Below are positions 24,924-39,790 of a stretch of DNA of 64,000 nucleotides, in pieces (within the stretch, counting starts at the first letter, position 1; each line of letters opens with the position of its first letter). Origin of the DNA: Octopus sinensis. Lineage: Eukaryota. Position numbers and translations under genes: made by a program. The DNA lies in contig NC_042998.1 in NCBI RefSeq assembly GCF_006345805.1, positions 65,224,001-65,288,000 of the forward strand, written 5' to 3'. Under the pieces are notes generated by a model. The model was not told the DNA's origin and made no database searches. It saw only the letters and a program-made list of their open reading frames with translations.

Positions 24924-25303
24924 GGAGGCGCAATGGCCTAGTGTTTATAACGGTGAACTCGCGGTCGTAGGATCGTGGTTTCGATTCCCAGACCAGCCGT
25001 TATGAGTGTTTATTGTGCGAAAACACCTAAAGCTCCACGAAGCTCCTGTAGGGGATGGTGTCGACTCCTGCTGAATTCTTTCGCCACATCTTCCTCTCAC
25101 TCTTCTTTAGGATTCTGTTGTAGCAGTATTTCGGAGGGCCAGCTTTGTCATACTCTGTGTCACGCTGAATCTACCCGAGAACTACGTTAAGGGTTCACGT
25201 GACTGTGGAGTACTCAGTCATTTGCACGTTAATTTCACGAGCAGAATATTCCGTTGAGCGGATCAAACTGGAATCCACGTCATCGTAACTGACGAAGTGC
25301 CAC
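24924..25303 (+). mobile_element. tRNA-derived SINE
   Basis: A-box TGGCCTAGTG, B-box GGTTTCGATTCC; 3' half shared with 4035-4350, body shared with 47847-48152. Confidence 0.85.
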
Positions 25304-25676
25304 GACGAATGTTTTTGCACGAAAATGTCAGTTACTACAACGCAGGTTGAGTGATAACTTACCTACCAACTGTGTCGAAGCATCAGGTATACATGAAATA
25401 TTACTGTAATTAAACAGTGCTTGCATTGCGCATACTGGACGGATAACAACAACACAAGTGACGTCTGCTGGCTTAGTTCTTTGATATGAAAACTGTAAGC
25501 ATGCATTGCTTACATAGAATGCCGGCTCAACACCGGAGCACAGATAATTTTCATCTTCATAGAAATATTAAATGATAATCAGAGTTATGCACACATACAC
25601 GCACGCATGCACACATACAGAGACACACAGACACACACACACACACACACACACAACCACACACACACACACACAT

Positions 25677-25714
<38 letters not shown>

Positions 25715-26812
25715 AGAGGATCAAGAAGACAGTTAAATTTTTGGCTATGTTCGCATGTGCCTATGCGTGTATTTACGCTTTTTAAAATCTCGTATTGTAA
25801 TTTCGATATGAATACACTCCTATCTTTGCATCTTGAATTTCTTGAAGGCACCGGAGTCTCTAAATGTCTAGAATTAAAAAGCAAACTTCGTGATAGACAT
25901 CTTTTTTTCTAATTTCTTCATTTGCGTAGATATTTTCATCGAATTTTGTTATAGAATTTCAAAAATGCCTTTGCCTTTTATATATTAATTTTTTAATTAT
26001 TTTTCCCGAACCTAATACATTCATGCAATATTCCTTTGTTGCATTATTAACAATTTGTTACTGCAATATTTCTCAGTAGAAATATATTTTTAACATTTCC
26101 ACTGAATTAAAAGATATACTAAATATAAAAAGAAGTAAATGCCTATAATATCTAACGTTATTTAGTTTCCAGCTGCTAAAAGCTCTTCCCCGCTTGTTTC
26201 ATCACATTTATATATTTCTATTTTTTCCTTAGACTTTGACAGATAGTTTAACGGCATTTTATTTATTTCATATACTACATTATAATTATTACATGTTGGC
26301 TGCTAATTTACATTTTTTTAAAGCTGCGAATTTCTTGCCATTTGGAAGAAAACGACAGCAACATAAAAGCACAAAGAAAGAGAAGAGAGTGCAGAAAAAA
26401 TAATTGCGCCATTAATAGCTTCTAAGCAAAATGAAATTGAAAACAACTTCAATGCTTAAAAGCTGATAGCATCTAAATCCTGTAAAATTTTTTCGCTAAA
26501 AATAAATTTATTTATATTTTATTTCACATCATAATTTCATGCTTTAGATTTTTTAAAATATTTATAATATGGCTAAAGGAAAGTTTCTAAAATATAGAAA
26601 GTAAATTTTTGTAATTGAAAAGCAAATGCATGAGAACACTACAGGATCTGCATTCATTAATCATTTTTGTTTTTTTCTGTTTAGGATGATTAACTCAGCT
26701 TAGTAGATACACGCAAACATAGAGACAAAACAACAAGCATACACTCATACGTACGTTCATATGAATATATGAATATATGCTCTCTTTCTCTCGCCTTCCA
26801 TCTCTCTCACTA

Positions 26813-26846
<34 letters not shown>

Positions 26847-27433
26847 CATATATATATATACGTAAATTCACATATATTTATATGTCTGTCCATATTCATA
26901 TATTCAGAGCTACACATGTGCATGCAAATAAAGTTGTTTCTATATGCACAAATATATATACATATGGAGTATACGCATACGCATGTATGCATTTTAATGT
27001 GCATTTAAAATACATCACGTTGAGCATGCATACATCCATAAGAATAACATATTACTACCTATATATATATAAACATAGCAGGACATAATATATTTAATAT
27101 GTGTACGTTTGAATCGTTCTGTGAGTGTATGTGTGTGTGGGCATATAATATGTGTGTGTGAGCGTGCGTGTGTTAGATATTTAATTATTTAGAACCTACA
27201 TATAATGATATGTATGCGAATACAAACATAAAATAAATACGAAATAAATAACAAAGAAAATACATGTCTAATTTAGAGAAACACATAAATCTAGAGCAAA
27301 TACATAGATATAAATCTATGAAGAATGTGGGCGTATACATATATATACATACACATATATATGAGGATAAATATAATATATATATATATTTCCATAAGTG
27401 TGTACTTATATACACACATACACACACACATTT

Positions 27434-27472
<39 letters not shown>

Positions 27473-27508
27473 CATACACACATCAGCACACACATATATA
27501 TATATATT

Positions 27509-27540
<32 letters not shown>

Positions 27541-27870
27541 CGTATATATTTGTGAGTGTGTGTGTTTGTGTGTGCGTGCATGTGTGTATAGCCAAGCGTA
27601 ACTTTGAATTTATCTCGTAGAACTATTATTTAAGACAGATTTTCTCGCGTTTTACGTCATCTTTCGAATTATATTGCGCATAATTTCTACAACTGATAAT
27701 GATTTATGTTTAACATTTACAAAATACATTAATATTGATGAAAGAAAATTGCTGAATCTGTTATTTGGATTCGATAGTTCTAATTTAATGTTAATGGTTT
27801 GTGGGTTTTCCTAACGCTACATGTTTATAATTATGATTGAACGCGCTTAAACCTTTGATTGCGGGGCAGT

Positions 27871-27918
<48 letters not shown>

Positions 27919-28697
27919 GTATTCTTCTACGTATGTTCCTATAAAACGATTCAACTATCTTTACTTCAGTTCAGACATTCGTATGTGTATGTATATATGA
28001 AAGTATAAGTATGGCTATAAAGGTATATGTATATATATATATATAGACGCAAGCATACGTAGAATAATATATGTCTGTCATCCAATATCTGTGTTTGATA
28101 AGATATTAACAAAGTTCTGTCAAATAAAAAGAAACGATAATGTTTACAAGTTCGCTCCTACAAGAAAGACGACAGCGTAGAACAACCACTCAAGATATAA
28201 AAGATTCATTGACAATAACCCTAACATATATACGATTTCACTATCGGTTATATAACTGATGTCATTATTGTTATGATCTGAGCAGCGACATTCAAACCGG
28301 CGTTGTTAGCAGTGTTTAACTTATTCCCCTACAAAGAGGAAGATCGAAACATTATGTCGAAACATCTACAGCTACATTTAATTAAAAATAGAAGCACAAC
28401 ATCTGAAACATAGATTGTTTGGTATCTATAGCGTCAGACACAAGAATGAAAGTCACTGCATGTAAAGCAGAAATATCTTCAAAAATGTTATTGCTACCTT
28501 AATGACTGCGTGACTTAAAACATGAAATAGCGAACTTGATATACCTTATCGGAAATACAAGTTCCTTAAATATAACCTGGAAAATAACAATAAGAATAGC
28601 TAACCTAGAAAAGCAATAATCATATTTCAATCTCTGCATGTGCATTAATTTATTTCGTTTTGTTTGGTTTAGGATTAAATTATTCCTTTCTACTCTA

Positions 28698-28897
28698 GAC
28701 ACAAGGCCCGAAATGTTGGGGAAGAGGGCCAGTCGATTAGATCGAACCCAGTTCGGAAATGGTACTTAATACATCGACTCAAATGGATGAAAGGCAAAGT
28801 CGAGCTCAGCGGAATTAGAACTTAAAATGTAATGACAGACGAAATACTGTAAAGCTTTTAGCTCGGCGTGCGAATGTTTCTGCCAGCCCGCCGCCTA
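28698..28897 (-). mobile_element. SINE (aggcggcgggctggcagaaac head)
   Basis: Reverse complement gives a tRNA-like head and the gctgagctcgactttgcctttcatcc body; similar to 40722-40952. Confidence 0.75.
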
Positions 28898-31800
28898 TTT
28901 AGGATTAAGATATTAATAGTCCTTTAATATTTATCTTAATTGCAATTCGTCAAAACATTGTGCAGAGAACAAAATACCTGATTAGTACTAGATCATGAAT
29001 CGCACTTTATGGCAGTGGCCTTCACATATACAGATGTGCATGTCTAGAAGTTAAATGACCAAAAGTATACGCAATTTTTATTTTGTATGTGTTTTGAAAG
29101 CATGCTTTCTGTGTGCCTAAAGCAAGGAGTAATTGAATGTAATTTAATACAAGCAAGAATATCAGAAACGGAAAAAATTACTTGTATTAAATTTGATAGT
29201 ATAAATTTCGAAAATAAGTTTCTTGCTTGTGAAAGTAACTAGGGAAGTTTTCATTTGTTATGATAAGTAAATTTTCGTTTTATAATATATGCTGTTTAAT
29301 TTTAGAATCTATTCTGTCCCGCGATGAGAATATGTTAGTTATTAGGCCTTTTTCCCCAGCATCACTGCCCTTTGGTGACAATAACAAATAACAGATAAAA
29401 GATAAAATATACACCGTACTGAAAAGAAAACGTAGACAATCCATTTCTATGATCGTCTCGATTATTAGAAGGGCGAGATGCTATCTAATATATGTGACTT
29501 CGTTGCAATCCGAATAAATTTTAAGTTTTTCATTTGAATAATATGTCTCAAATAGTGGATCCTTTTGTAATATTAGATATGAATCACAGACCAATGAGTG
29601 TATTTGTCTCCCCACATCCTTAAGAATTCTCAAACCATCTTCTACTTTGTTCAATAAGACTATTTCTATTTCACGTTCATTGTCCCTTGTATCCTCCACA
29701 CTTTCTCAATACTTGTTACATTGACTGACGTATATTTATGATTGATTTATACATTCACTGATAAAAAATATATTAATATGAATATTTTTTTTTATTCGGA
29801 GTCTCTTTCATTATTCTATACAAAGTGAAATATTCCTAACCATAAACTGACAGTTGTTATCATTTCTTCTTTGCTATTGTGCCGTCTGAAAATAAACCAA
29901 AATAATACTTCGCTCATATTCGTTGTACTGTACCAGTATTACACTATATACTTCAAAAGCATAGTAAATAGTTATTGATCAGAAATATCATATCCACAGT
30001 CTGTTAAAAAAAGAGGTCAGAATTCATATATATTTTTTCATTCTTTGTAAACATTAAGAGAGTAAGAATACTAGGCTGAATCAGATATGTATATATTAGG
30101 ATCGGCATTAAATGATATATTAATACTTTTGAGGTTGCATCCGCATGAAATACAAAAGCTAATATATTATTTTTGTATATATTTCATGTGTGATCATTAA
30201 AACGTTATATAGAAACTTGCGGTGAATAATAAGCAATATTAGTCAAATACTAATACAATTTCTATTTTGACGAACAAAGGAATAAGTTGATTCGCTTCTG
30301 TTTCAGAATGAATTCGTCTGTGAAGGCTAGATTTCATCATTTATGCTAAGAAAAGAAGTGATACTTTAATTCTCAAATGGGTACAACGTCTTACAGCATC
30401 ACAACATTTAAATTGGTCATATAGTCTATTCAACGGACTTCTACTCAGCTTTATCCTTACCGTATATATATATATATATATATGGACTGGCTTGAGACTA
30501 TGATAAAAGTAAAGCTTAAATAGAACAGCAAAAGGGAACGAATTTATGACCTTACTGGTGCGCAACACATTTCGTTACCAAACAACAATATCTGTATCCA
30601 TTCTTCATTATACACCCGTACATAGAAATGTGGAGTTTGACAAAAATGGGATAGACATACAATCGTGAAATTGGCATGGTGAAGCGAGCATCCATGATCA
30701 ACAGCTGATGTCTTTTTCAGAGTTAAAGTTATAGAAGGGAAAAGAGGGATATACGACAGAGTTATAAATTATATAACTTCTAGAGCCTAGTTGTAGGAAA
30801 GATAACATGACGTTTCGCAAGTCGACCGGAAACAGCATGAAAGGGAAATTAGGAAAAATAACAAAAATACCATCATGCTGTACAGCAAGAAAATTCCGCT
30901 ACCAGAATCAAGAGTCAGTATATATGCATTAATGTATACTTAAGATTGCTACAATCATTTCGCATTTACTATATGCGGACATGTTTGTCCATATTGTTTT
31001 ATAATCATTATGGAGATTTCTTCGGAATCGCCGCCAATATAAATATAGTAGAGGACAATGTGACACTTACATTTATCGTTTTTACCAAAACGTTTACAAG
31101 ATACTCTTCCTAATATTAATGACTTTGCAAATTGTAGCGTGGCTGCATGTTATGTTGGCAGTAACCGTATATATCTTCTCAAATTCACGAGAAATCAAAA
31201 GATTTCTTTGCCATTTATACATCGTTGAATTGTCAATCAAATTTTAGAGTATACTGAATTTAAATAAGTGAGATGCATTTGTTTTCTGAAAGTGTACAGT
31301 ATAAGATATGTTGTAAGTTCCGTCCCTATTTCGTGCACAAAGTTAAAAAAAAGAAACGTGATCTGGACCGTAAATTAAATTTTTATGATTTGTGAATGTA
31401 AAAGGAGAGAAACCAACAGTTATATATTTAACAATGTGGGATAGAATAATAGGATTTACTACATAGCAGGTGAGATGATAGAGAGAAAGATTAATAACTC
31501 CATTCTCGTTGTTTGTAAAGCGGATTAATTATAAAATATACAATAGGCAGCGTGATGACACTGTTGTCAAAAGACCTGATGCATCATAGATACTAGTTTT
31601 TTAATTTATACATAATACATATGAAGATTTTGATGACTTTCTTTGACAGTAGTCTTCATTTTATGGTTAATTTAATCAGTAAAATAAAATATATTGTGTC
31701 CACATATATACTCATATTGAATAGAGGAATATTATACATACATATTCGTCACCAACGAGGAAAACGTACTGTCTATGTTTTCAGTGCAGAACACAAGACT

Positions 31801-32393
31801 TGTTACGCTCACAAAATAAATTGATTTTCAATATTCGTTTCTCATGGATGAAAATTTTAATTAAAAGTCGAGGAGTAGCGTTTGAAAGAGTTGGAATTAT
31901 ATGTGATGATAAACAAGTGAAACTAAGAAGAGACAGAATAAATCACACGGTAGCTGGAAGTTGAAAAATTGAGAAAATAATTGTAGAAATAAAACTCAAA
32001 TTTCCCCATAGATATTTTAATTCCAGTATTGATTTTGAAACTAACACATACAAAAAGAATAACAAATTTTGTGTATATATAGGACTTACGTTTATTTTCG
32101 ATGTTCGTCTCACACAGACTTCTCTCTCTAATCTGCCTCTTTCTCTCGGTCTCGTATACAAACCTAGATACATATGTGTATTTATGTATCCATGTGTGTG
32201 TGTAGGTCTGTATTGAAATGCATCCACACCCCCACTCCACATACATATGTATATATATACATATATAAGTATGTATATATATATATATATATATATGTAT
32301 ATGTATATATATATATTTATATATATATATATTTACATATATAAGCACTCATAAATATAAGCAGGCACACTTAAATATGTATATGTATATATA

Positions 32394-32435
<42 letters not shown>

Positions 32436-32514
32436 ACACACAAACATATGTGAATGCATACGCGCATGCGCATGTCTTTGATTGTTTCTATAGTCAAACG
32501 CGTATGCTTTAGAC

Positions 32515-32554
<40 letters not shown>

Positions 32555-33509
32555 TACATACATACATATATACATACGTAAATACTACATTCGACTGAGA
32601 ATGTGTTCGTGTATTAGCGTATATTTAAAACAAAAGAAAAATGAACGTAAGGAAGTAAGCGTCAGAAAGCTTTTAGAAATTCCTAGCCTAATGGCATTCG
32701 CATTATTTTTTAACTTTCTGTATACTTTCAACTTATTACACATTGCTAACTAAAGTAAATATCAGTAGCAACAAACATGAGAATATCTTAAATATTAACA
32801 TAAAAATGTAGAATATTACACATATTAGAATCACGTAAGGAGTAGAACGTATTTATGTATATTTCGCTTTTATTTACTTGTTGATATGCATGATCGTTGC
32901 TGGTTATAAATTCCACTTTGTTCTGATGCTAACGTATGAACTCTGAATTCAACAAAATTCTTCGCACTGATTTTTTTTTTTTATGTCGGTACTTATTTTG
33001 TATATATCTAGCAAACAAATGAGCGACCAGACATTGAACGTCACCTTTCTCTCTCATTCTCTCTACTGTCTCATCCCTCTCTCTCTGTCTCGTTTTTGGA
33101 TGCTCTTGCACACGCATACACACTCATAAACACGTTCGCAGAAACATAACAGCAAATATAAATATATTTATACGGATATATACGCGCTATTTTGTAGAAT
33201 GTATGTGTTTTCAGGTGTTAATCTTGTATCTGTTTCAGCCTAAAGGATATGGCCGCGTTTGCGCCCCACCAAATAGTCACCTACCCAGTTGCTATTCTTG
33301 TGTGGATGACTTTTCCTGACAGCGTAATTGTTATATTCCTCCCCATCATTGATTTTTTGTTGTATATGTATGTTTTATTTTGTCGTGTTTGTTCATATTA
33401 TTGTCTTGTACACCCCTCAGCTACTCCCAGTGGCTTTTTGCCACAGGTGACACGAACAGTAAACAATATCAACATTAAAAGTGTGAAATTGTAATGATGT
33501 CTAGGACGT

Positions 33510-33628
33510 CGATTGATGAAGAATAAGTTGCGAATTTTCTGCTTCTGGTCTTGTAACATTTCCGCTTGTTGTGATTCTGTTCCAGCACACGATCTCAGAT
33601 CAGGTCACTTGCTATGCAAGTACATCTT
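33510..33628 (+). mobile_element. Penelope-type 3' tail fragment
   Basis: cagcacacgatctcagatcaggtcacttgctatgcaagtacatct matches the reverse complement of 53289-53340. Confidence 0.55.
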
Positions 33629-34459
33629 CGTAACATATATATTCACTGACACAATCCCGTGAGGCACCCTGAAAAAGCAGCAGTCACTTCATGATATGTA
33701 TGTACGTATGTATGTGTGTATGTTTGCTTGTATGTATGTATGTGCGTATGTATGTATGTGTGTACATGTATGTGCGTAAGCATATGTGTACATGCGTATG
33801 CATGAGTGTATACCTATACACATGTCTGTATGTATGTAAGTATGTACGTAGGTTCTTACGTATGCATGTGAGTATTTAGGAGAGTATGTAAATGTGCCTG
33901 TGTGTGTGTACAGGTGTATGTACATGTGAACGTGTGTTTATGTACTGATATGTGTCTGTTCAAGTTGTATACATGACTGTTATTTTGTTGAAGGTTGTAT
34001 ACATAGATATATGCATGTATATACATACACACACACACATATGTGTGTGTGCGTGGGTTTATCCCTCTCACCACCGTCTAACGGTGAATGGATACGTCTT
34101 AGATACATATATGCACATACATATATACATATATACAAGTACACACAATAATATATACACTTACACACACCTACAATATTCGTATAATCTTAAAGTATAC
34201 ACATATACGCTTATCCATCTTTGCACACAAACACACACACACATATATATATATATATGACAATATTTTCAATGACAACGGTTAAAATTCAAATTTGCTT
34301 TATGTTATTCTATTTATTCTTTTTTTACATGCATACATACACAATAAATACGTATATCTACACGTACATATAAGTGCATGCATGTACATACTCATACACT
34401 AGCATACACAACACAAAAAACATACACACTCGAACACACAAATACATTTAAACCTTGCT

Positions 34460-34481
34460 ATCCTTATTATTATTATTATTA

Positions 34482-34534
<53 letters not shown>

Positions 34535-34553
34535 TTTATTTTTATTATTCTTA

Positions 34554-34588
<35 letters not shown>

Positions 34589-34640
34589 ATTATTATTATT
34601 ATTAGTATTTTTATTATTATTATTATTATTTAGTAGTATA
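34460..34640. repeat. (ATT)n microsatellite, 3' flank of the minus-strand LINE
   Basis: Visible run. Confidence 0.95.
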
Positions 34641-34647
34641 TTTTTTT

Positions 34648-37600
34648 ATATCGTGCTTTCACTTCACTACCGAGCGCAGCTCTGTGTGCCTTGGGTATGT
34701 GCTGTGATTTGTTGTGATGCTCTGATGGTTATTGCATGGAAAGTGTTCTGCATAGGATGTGTGCGGTGCCTAGTAGTGCAATTTTCTGTATGTTATATGT
34801 GTTTGTAAGTTCTGGTGTTTTTGTTATGTATTTGTCTGAATATTTTTTTATCAGGCCTAATGCACCTACTATGATAGGATTTGTTTCTGCTTTTAGATTC
34901 CACATTCTGGTTACCTCTATTTCCAGGTCTTTGTATTTTGAAAGTTTCTCCATTTCTTTTAGAGACACATTGTCATCCGCTGGTATTGATACATCAATTA
35001 GAAAACATTTTTTTCTTCATGATTTCTGACAACTATATCTGGTCTGTTGGCCTTAATATCTGTGTGTATCGGCATATCCCAGAGTATGGTTGCTTTCTCG
35101 TTTTCTGTGACCTTTTCTGGTGTGTGCCTATACCATCTTTTTTCTGTTGTTATTCCATAACGTTGGCATAGTTTCCAGTGTATATAGGTTCCAACTATGT
35201 TGTGTCTGTGAATATATTCCTTCTTAGCCAGGACTGGACAGCCAGAGATAATATAATTTTTTGTTTCTTGTTCATCTCCACATATTTTGCAGTTACTTGT
35301 TATAGTTCATTTCATTACATGTTTTTGGTAATTTCTGGTGGGGAGGCTTTGGTCCTGTGCTGCAATTAAAACTTCTTCTGTCTCTGCTTTGAGTCCTGAG
35401 CTTCTAAACCATTGTTGGGATTTTTCTTTGTCTATTTCTTTTGCATTTAGTTTAGTCCAGTATTTGCCATGAAGGGGCTTTTCTTGCCATCGTTTTATCA
35501 TGGTTCGTTGCTGTTCTATTTGTAGTTTAGATTTCACTTGATTTATAGCTTTTGTTGTTTCTTCTTCTTCTTCTTCTTCTTCTCTTCTTCTTCTTCTTCT
35601 TCTTCTTCTTTCTTCTCTTCTTCTTCTTCTTCTCTTCTTCTTCTTCTTCTTCTTCTTCTTCTTTCTTCTTCTTCTTCTTCTTCTTCTTCTTCTTCATATT
35701 TGTTCGGTGGTATGATTTCTCGTTTGTATTTGTCAGCTTCCTTAGATACTGAGAACAATTTTTTGTTTTGCTCGTGTTTTCCTTCCTTCTGAAGTAGATA
35801 TTTTTGCAGTCCTATGGTGGTTATTTTATAGTAGTTTTGCAGCTGTATAAGGCCTCTACCACCATCTATACGTTGTATATATAGCCTTTCTATGTCAGAT
35901 TTTTGGGTGATGCATCCTAGATCCTGTCATTATTTTTCTTGTTTTCGTATCTATTTTGGTCAATTCATTTAGTGTCCAGTTAAGGATATTGTAGCTGTAA
36001 CTTATAACTGGGACGGCTAAAGTGTTAATACCTATTATCTTTTTTATAGCATTGAGCTCAGTTTTCAGTATTGATCTAACTCGTCTATAATATTCTTTTT
36101 TTTTTCTCTTTCATTTCTGTGTGTTGTGTCGTATCTAGTTCAGGGATTCCTAAGTATTTGTAAGTTTGCCTTTCGTCTAATTCTTTTATTTCATTGATTT
36201 TATCTAGTGTGATGTTGCTACTCTTAACTAGTTTTCCTCTTTTCAGGGTTACTTTGGCGCATTTCTCTAATCCAAATTTCATAAATATTTCTTTGGTATA
36301 TCCGTGAACTGTCTTTAATAGTGTTTCCAGCTGTTTGTCATTTGTAGCGTATAGTTTTAGGTCATCCATATATAACAGGTAGCTGATCTTTTTGCCGTAA
36401 CATTTATATCCGCATCCAGTTCTGTTTAGCATATCCGATAGAGGTGACGCTGCCAAGCAGAAAAGGAGTGGAGGGAGCGTGTCTCCCTAGAATATTCCCT
36501 CTTCTAATGGGGATGTCTTTGGTTTTCATGAGTCCCTCTTCTGTTTCGAGCTCTAGCACTGTTTGCCATTTATTCATAGAGTGTCCTATGAATTTTATAA
36601 TTGTTGGTGCAACTTTGTTCATGGCTAGTGTTTCGAGAATCCATGTGTAGGGGATGCTATCAAACGCCTTTTTGTAGTCGATCCAGGCCATACTGAGGAC
36701 TTTCTTCTTACTGTGGCTGTCTTCAGTTATGGCTTTATTAATCATTAGTTGATCTTTACAGCCATATGAGCTTTGCGGCATCATTTCTGCTCTCCTGGAA
36801 ACAGATTGTTTTCGTCCAGGTGCTTGTTCAACCTTTCCGATATCACTGCTGTAAATGCCTTGTACATTATAGGGAGACAGGTTATAGGTCTGTAGTTTTC
36901 TGGTTTTGCTGTCACATTTGATTTGGGAATGAAGATGGTTTTCCCCTTCGTCAGCCATTCAGGCATTGTTTCTGGCTCTGCCAATATGTTGTTAAAATTT
37001 TCAACCAGCTTTTTGTGCATTCCTATTAGATATTTCAACCAGAAGTTGGGGATCTTGTCTTGCCCAGGTGCCTTCCAGGTGCTTAGTCTTTGAAGTGCCT
37101 GGGTGACCTCTTCAGTTGTTATGGGGATCCAAATTTGCTCAGATGCTGAGTTTGTTCTTTTGATACTCCTTTTTTTGTTTTTCGTTCGCCGACCATATTT
37201 CTCTCCAGAATTCTTCCACTTCTTCTGCCGTTGGTGCTGCAGTGATTTCTATTTTATTCTTGTCAAGTTCTTGGTAGAACTTTTTGAGGTTGGTGTTGAA
37301 CCGTTTGTTTTGTTCAAAGAAACGTTGGCGTTTCTCTTACCGGCGGATTCTTTGTGCTTTGGCAAGGATATCTTGCTTCAGTTTTTCTTTTATCTTAGGT
37401 AAATATTTTTCTGTGGTATTGTATTTGCGGAGTATTTTTGTTTTCTTTTTGTTGCTCAGTAGCTTTGATTTTCTACTGATTTCATTAAGAATCGACAGAT
37501 CTTTTCTCATTTTTTGTATTTTGCTTTGGATGTTATTTATCCACAGGGTTTGTTTGGGTGATGGTACTCCTGTTTGGATTGGTTTGATTGAGTATCCAGC

Positions 37601-38797
37601 TTCTTTTGTGGCTGCAGTAGCTTCTGCGTATACTAAGTCATTTAGCTCAGTGATATCGCTTTTTGTTTCAGTGGCTATTAGTTCCGCGACGGCTAGGTTT
37701 ATGTTGTTTATAATTGATGTTGTTGTTTTGTCTATTTTGATTTTTGGTCGGTGGTCCATTTTGAGCTCTGTGGTTTTCAGTTCTTTGATTATTCTACTTT
37801 TTATAGTTTCATAATCATTAGGCTCCCCTTCGTTGCTTCCAGGTTTGGGATTTGTGTCGCTTTCTATCTCATTCGTATGTTTGTTTGTCGTGTTTTGGCT
37901 TGCTGTTTGTCGTGTATTATTATGTATCCTTACGGTCTGGATTTGTTGTTTTTTCTTTACATCGTTTTTGTTGGAAATGTTACGTTTATCTTCCTGTTTT
38001 ACTGTTTCAGTGTTTATATTATTGTGTGGCTTCTATCTACATTTTCCTGATGTATTTTTTCTTTCAAATGTTCTATTTCTATTTCTGATATTTTTTGCGT
38101 TGAGAATATATCTCCATATATTTGCTAGATTATTAGGGTTCATTGTTGTATCCCGGTCTTTATTTATGTTATTTTTCTTCCATATTTTATATGTATATGT
38201 TGTTGCATTTTCATTCTTTGGGTAGAGCACTGCTGTAAAGTAAGCCTGTAGGATAGGAATGTATTGCTCACGTGTCCATTTATGTCTTTTGGGTTTTGTT
38301 TGCGGGACATGAGGAACAACGTCCGGCCCATTATTTTGACGGTCGTCATTTTCGTAGGGTACCAGTCCGTTCATTACTGTTGTCACATTGTTTTGCACGT
38401 GTAGTTTTTCGTACATTTTATGTTGTAAGTTTACTGTACGTACTTCCCGATTGTTATTCTTGGGTTGAATAATACCGGTATTATTTAATTTATTCGTAGT
38501 TTTTTTTTGTACATGATGTTTGGGCCCGGAGATGATCCGGTGTTGATGGATCGTAATATATCAAGCATGTTTGCATGTGTTGTGTTAGAGGTGGAGATGA
38601 TATCGAGTTAAAATACATCATTTCGTTTTGAAAATAGTAATAAATTTCAATGAGTATTACTTACTCGGATATAGTCCAATCCTTTGTCAGTTATTTTTTA
38701 GCTCCATGCGATGTGTTTGTTTCCGTTGTTTGTGGATAGATTTCGGAGCACTGTTTTATCGCTCTCACATGTTAAACTTCCTTGGTGTAATCTCTTT
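34648..38797 (-). mobile_element. Near-full-length decayed Dong/R4-type LINE (Myb-like N-terminus, RT, RLE)
   Basis: ORF pieces: KRHKWTREQY; PEWLTKGKTIFIPK...NYRPITCL; AWIDYKKAFDSIP; GILQGD-like region; LLYMDDLKLYA; SSGLKAETEEVLIAAQDQSLPTRNY; KYKDLEIEVTRMW...IIVGALG. Many frameshifts. Confidence 0.95.
35545..35698. repeat. (CTT)n microsatellite inside the LINE ORF
   Basis: Visible run interrupting the element. Confidence 0.95.
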
Positions 38798-38817
38798 TTC
38801 TTCTTCTTCTTCTTCTT

Positions 38818-38897
<80 letters not shown>

Positions 38898-38902
38898 CAT
38901 CC

Positions 38903-38963
<61 letters not shown>

Positions 38964-39140
38964 CATTATTATTATTATCATTATTAATATTATTATTATT
39001 ATTGTTATTATTATTATTATTTTTATTTTTTATTATTATCATTACCTTTATTACCATTATCATTATTACTATTATTATTATTATTGTTTTGTTGCTGTTA
39101 TTATTGTTGTTGTTGTTGCTGTTATTGTTGTTGTTGTTAT
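38798..39140. repeat. Compound (CTT)/(ATT)/(CAT)/(GTT) microsatellite
   Basis: Visible runs. Confidence 0.95.
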
Positions 39141-39322
39141 TCAGGTCACTCGGTATCATGGGGTTAATAGACCGCGCTCTTAACCACTACGCCATATGCC
39201 CAAGACAACTAATGAAGCCTGGTGAGTTTTTCAGCCGAATCATTGCGTTAACAAACAAGATGGGGACAAATATCCGTCAAGTGTAAATAGCGTACATAAT
39301 TCCTCATCTCTAAATATAGAAG
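39140..39322 (-). mobile_element. tRNA-SINE head (minus strand) fused to an oppositely oriented hammerhead-like module and tail
   Basis: 39140-39201 reverse complement matches the 162-235 head; 39199-39322 plus strand reads cccaagacaa-CTAATGAA-GCCTG...CAGCC-GAATC plus the tail shared with 311-408. Confidence 0.8.
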
Positions 39323-39790
39323 TAAATTTTATTGGTGATTGTCTTTGTCTCCCGTCTTGATGAGAATGGTTTTTGTTTCTACATTTTGTTACTGTAGTTT
39401 GTTTTTTTATTCTTGTTGGCCTATAACATTCATTCCAAGTTTGGGTGTACTATTTTCAACCGCTACTGTATTCGCCATTGTTGTGGTTATCGCTGCATTC
39501 CACTTTCTGATTTCAAATAGGAAAAATACGAGAGCATCGTCGTCCACGGCACTGCTGCTCCCGACTTCTCCAGAGTGTGTGACAAAACTTACAATCAGTC
39601 ATTTTGTCACAGATATAATATATGGATTTTTCTTACCTACCTGACTATTCACATCTACTTGCACTCTCCGAAGCTAACAAAAGAACTATTGGGATGTCAT
39701 GAATGTCTACTAAACACCACCCATATTAGAACAAAAATAGCAATAACAACAGCCAGAATAATAATAAAAATGAAAATATTTAGAATATTT

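Noticed and set aside
29481-29699. 72-aa protein-like minus-strand ORF (EDTRDNEREIEIVLLNKVEDGLRILK...)
   Set aside because: No ATG, no convincing splice sites and no recognisable family; within chance expectation.
38420-38797. HDV-like ribozyme in the Dong 5' UTRs (also upstream of 59742)
   Set aside because: Expected from R2/R4 biology, but no nested double-pseudoknot pattern could be found by eye.
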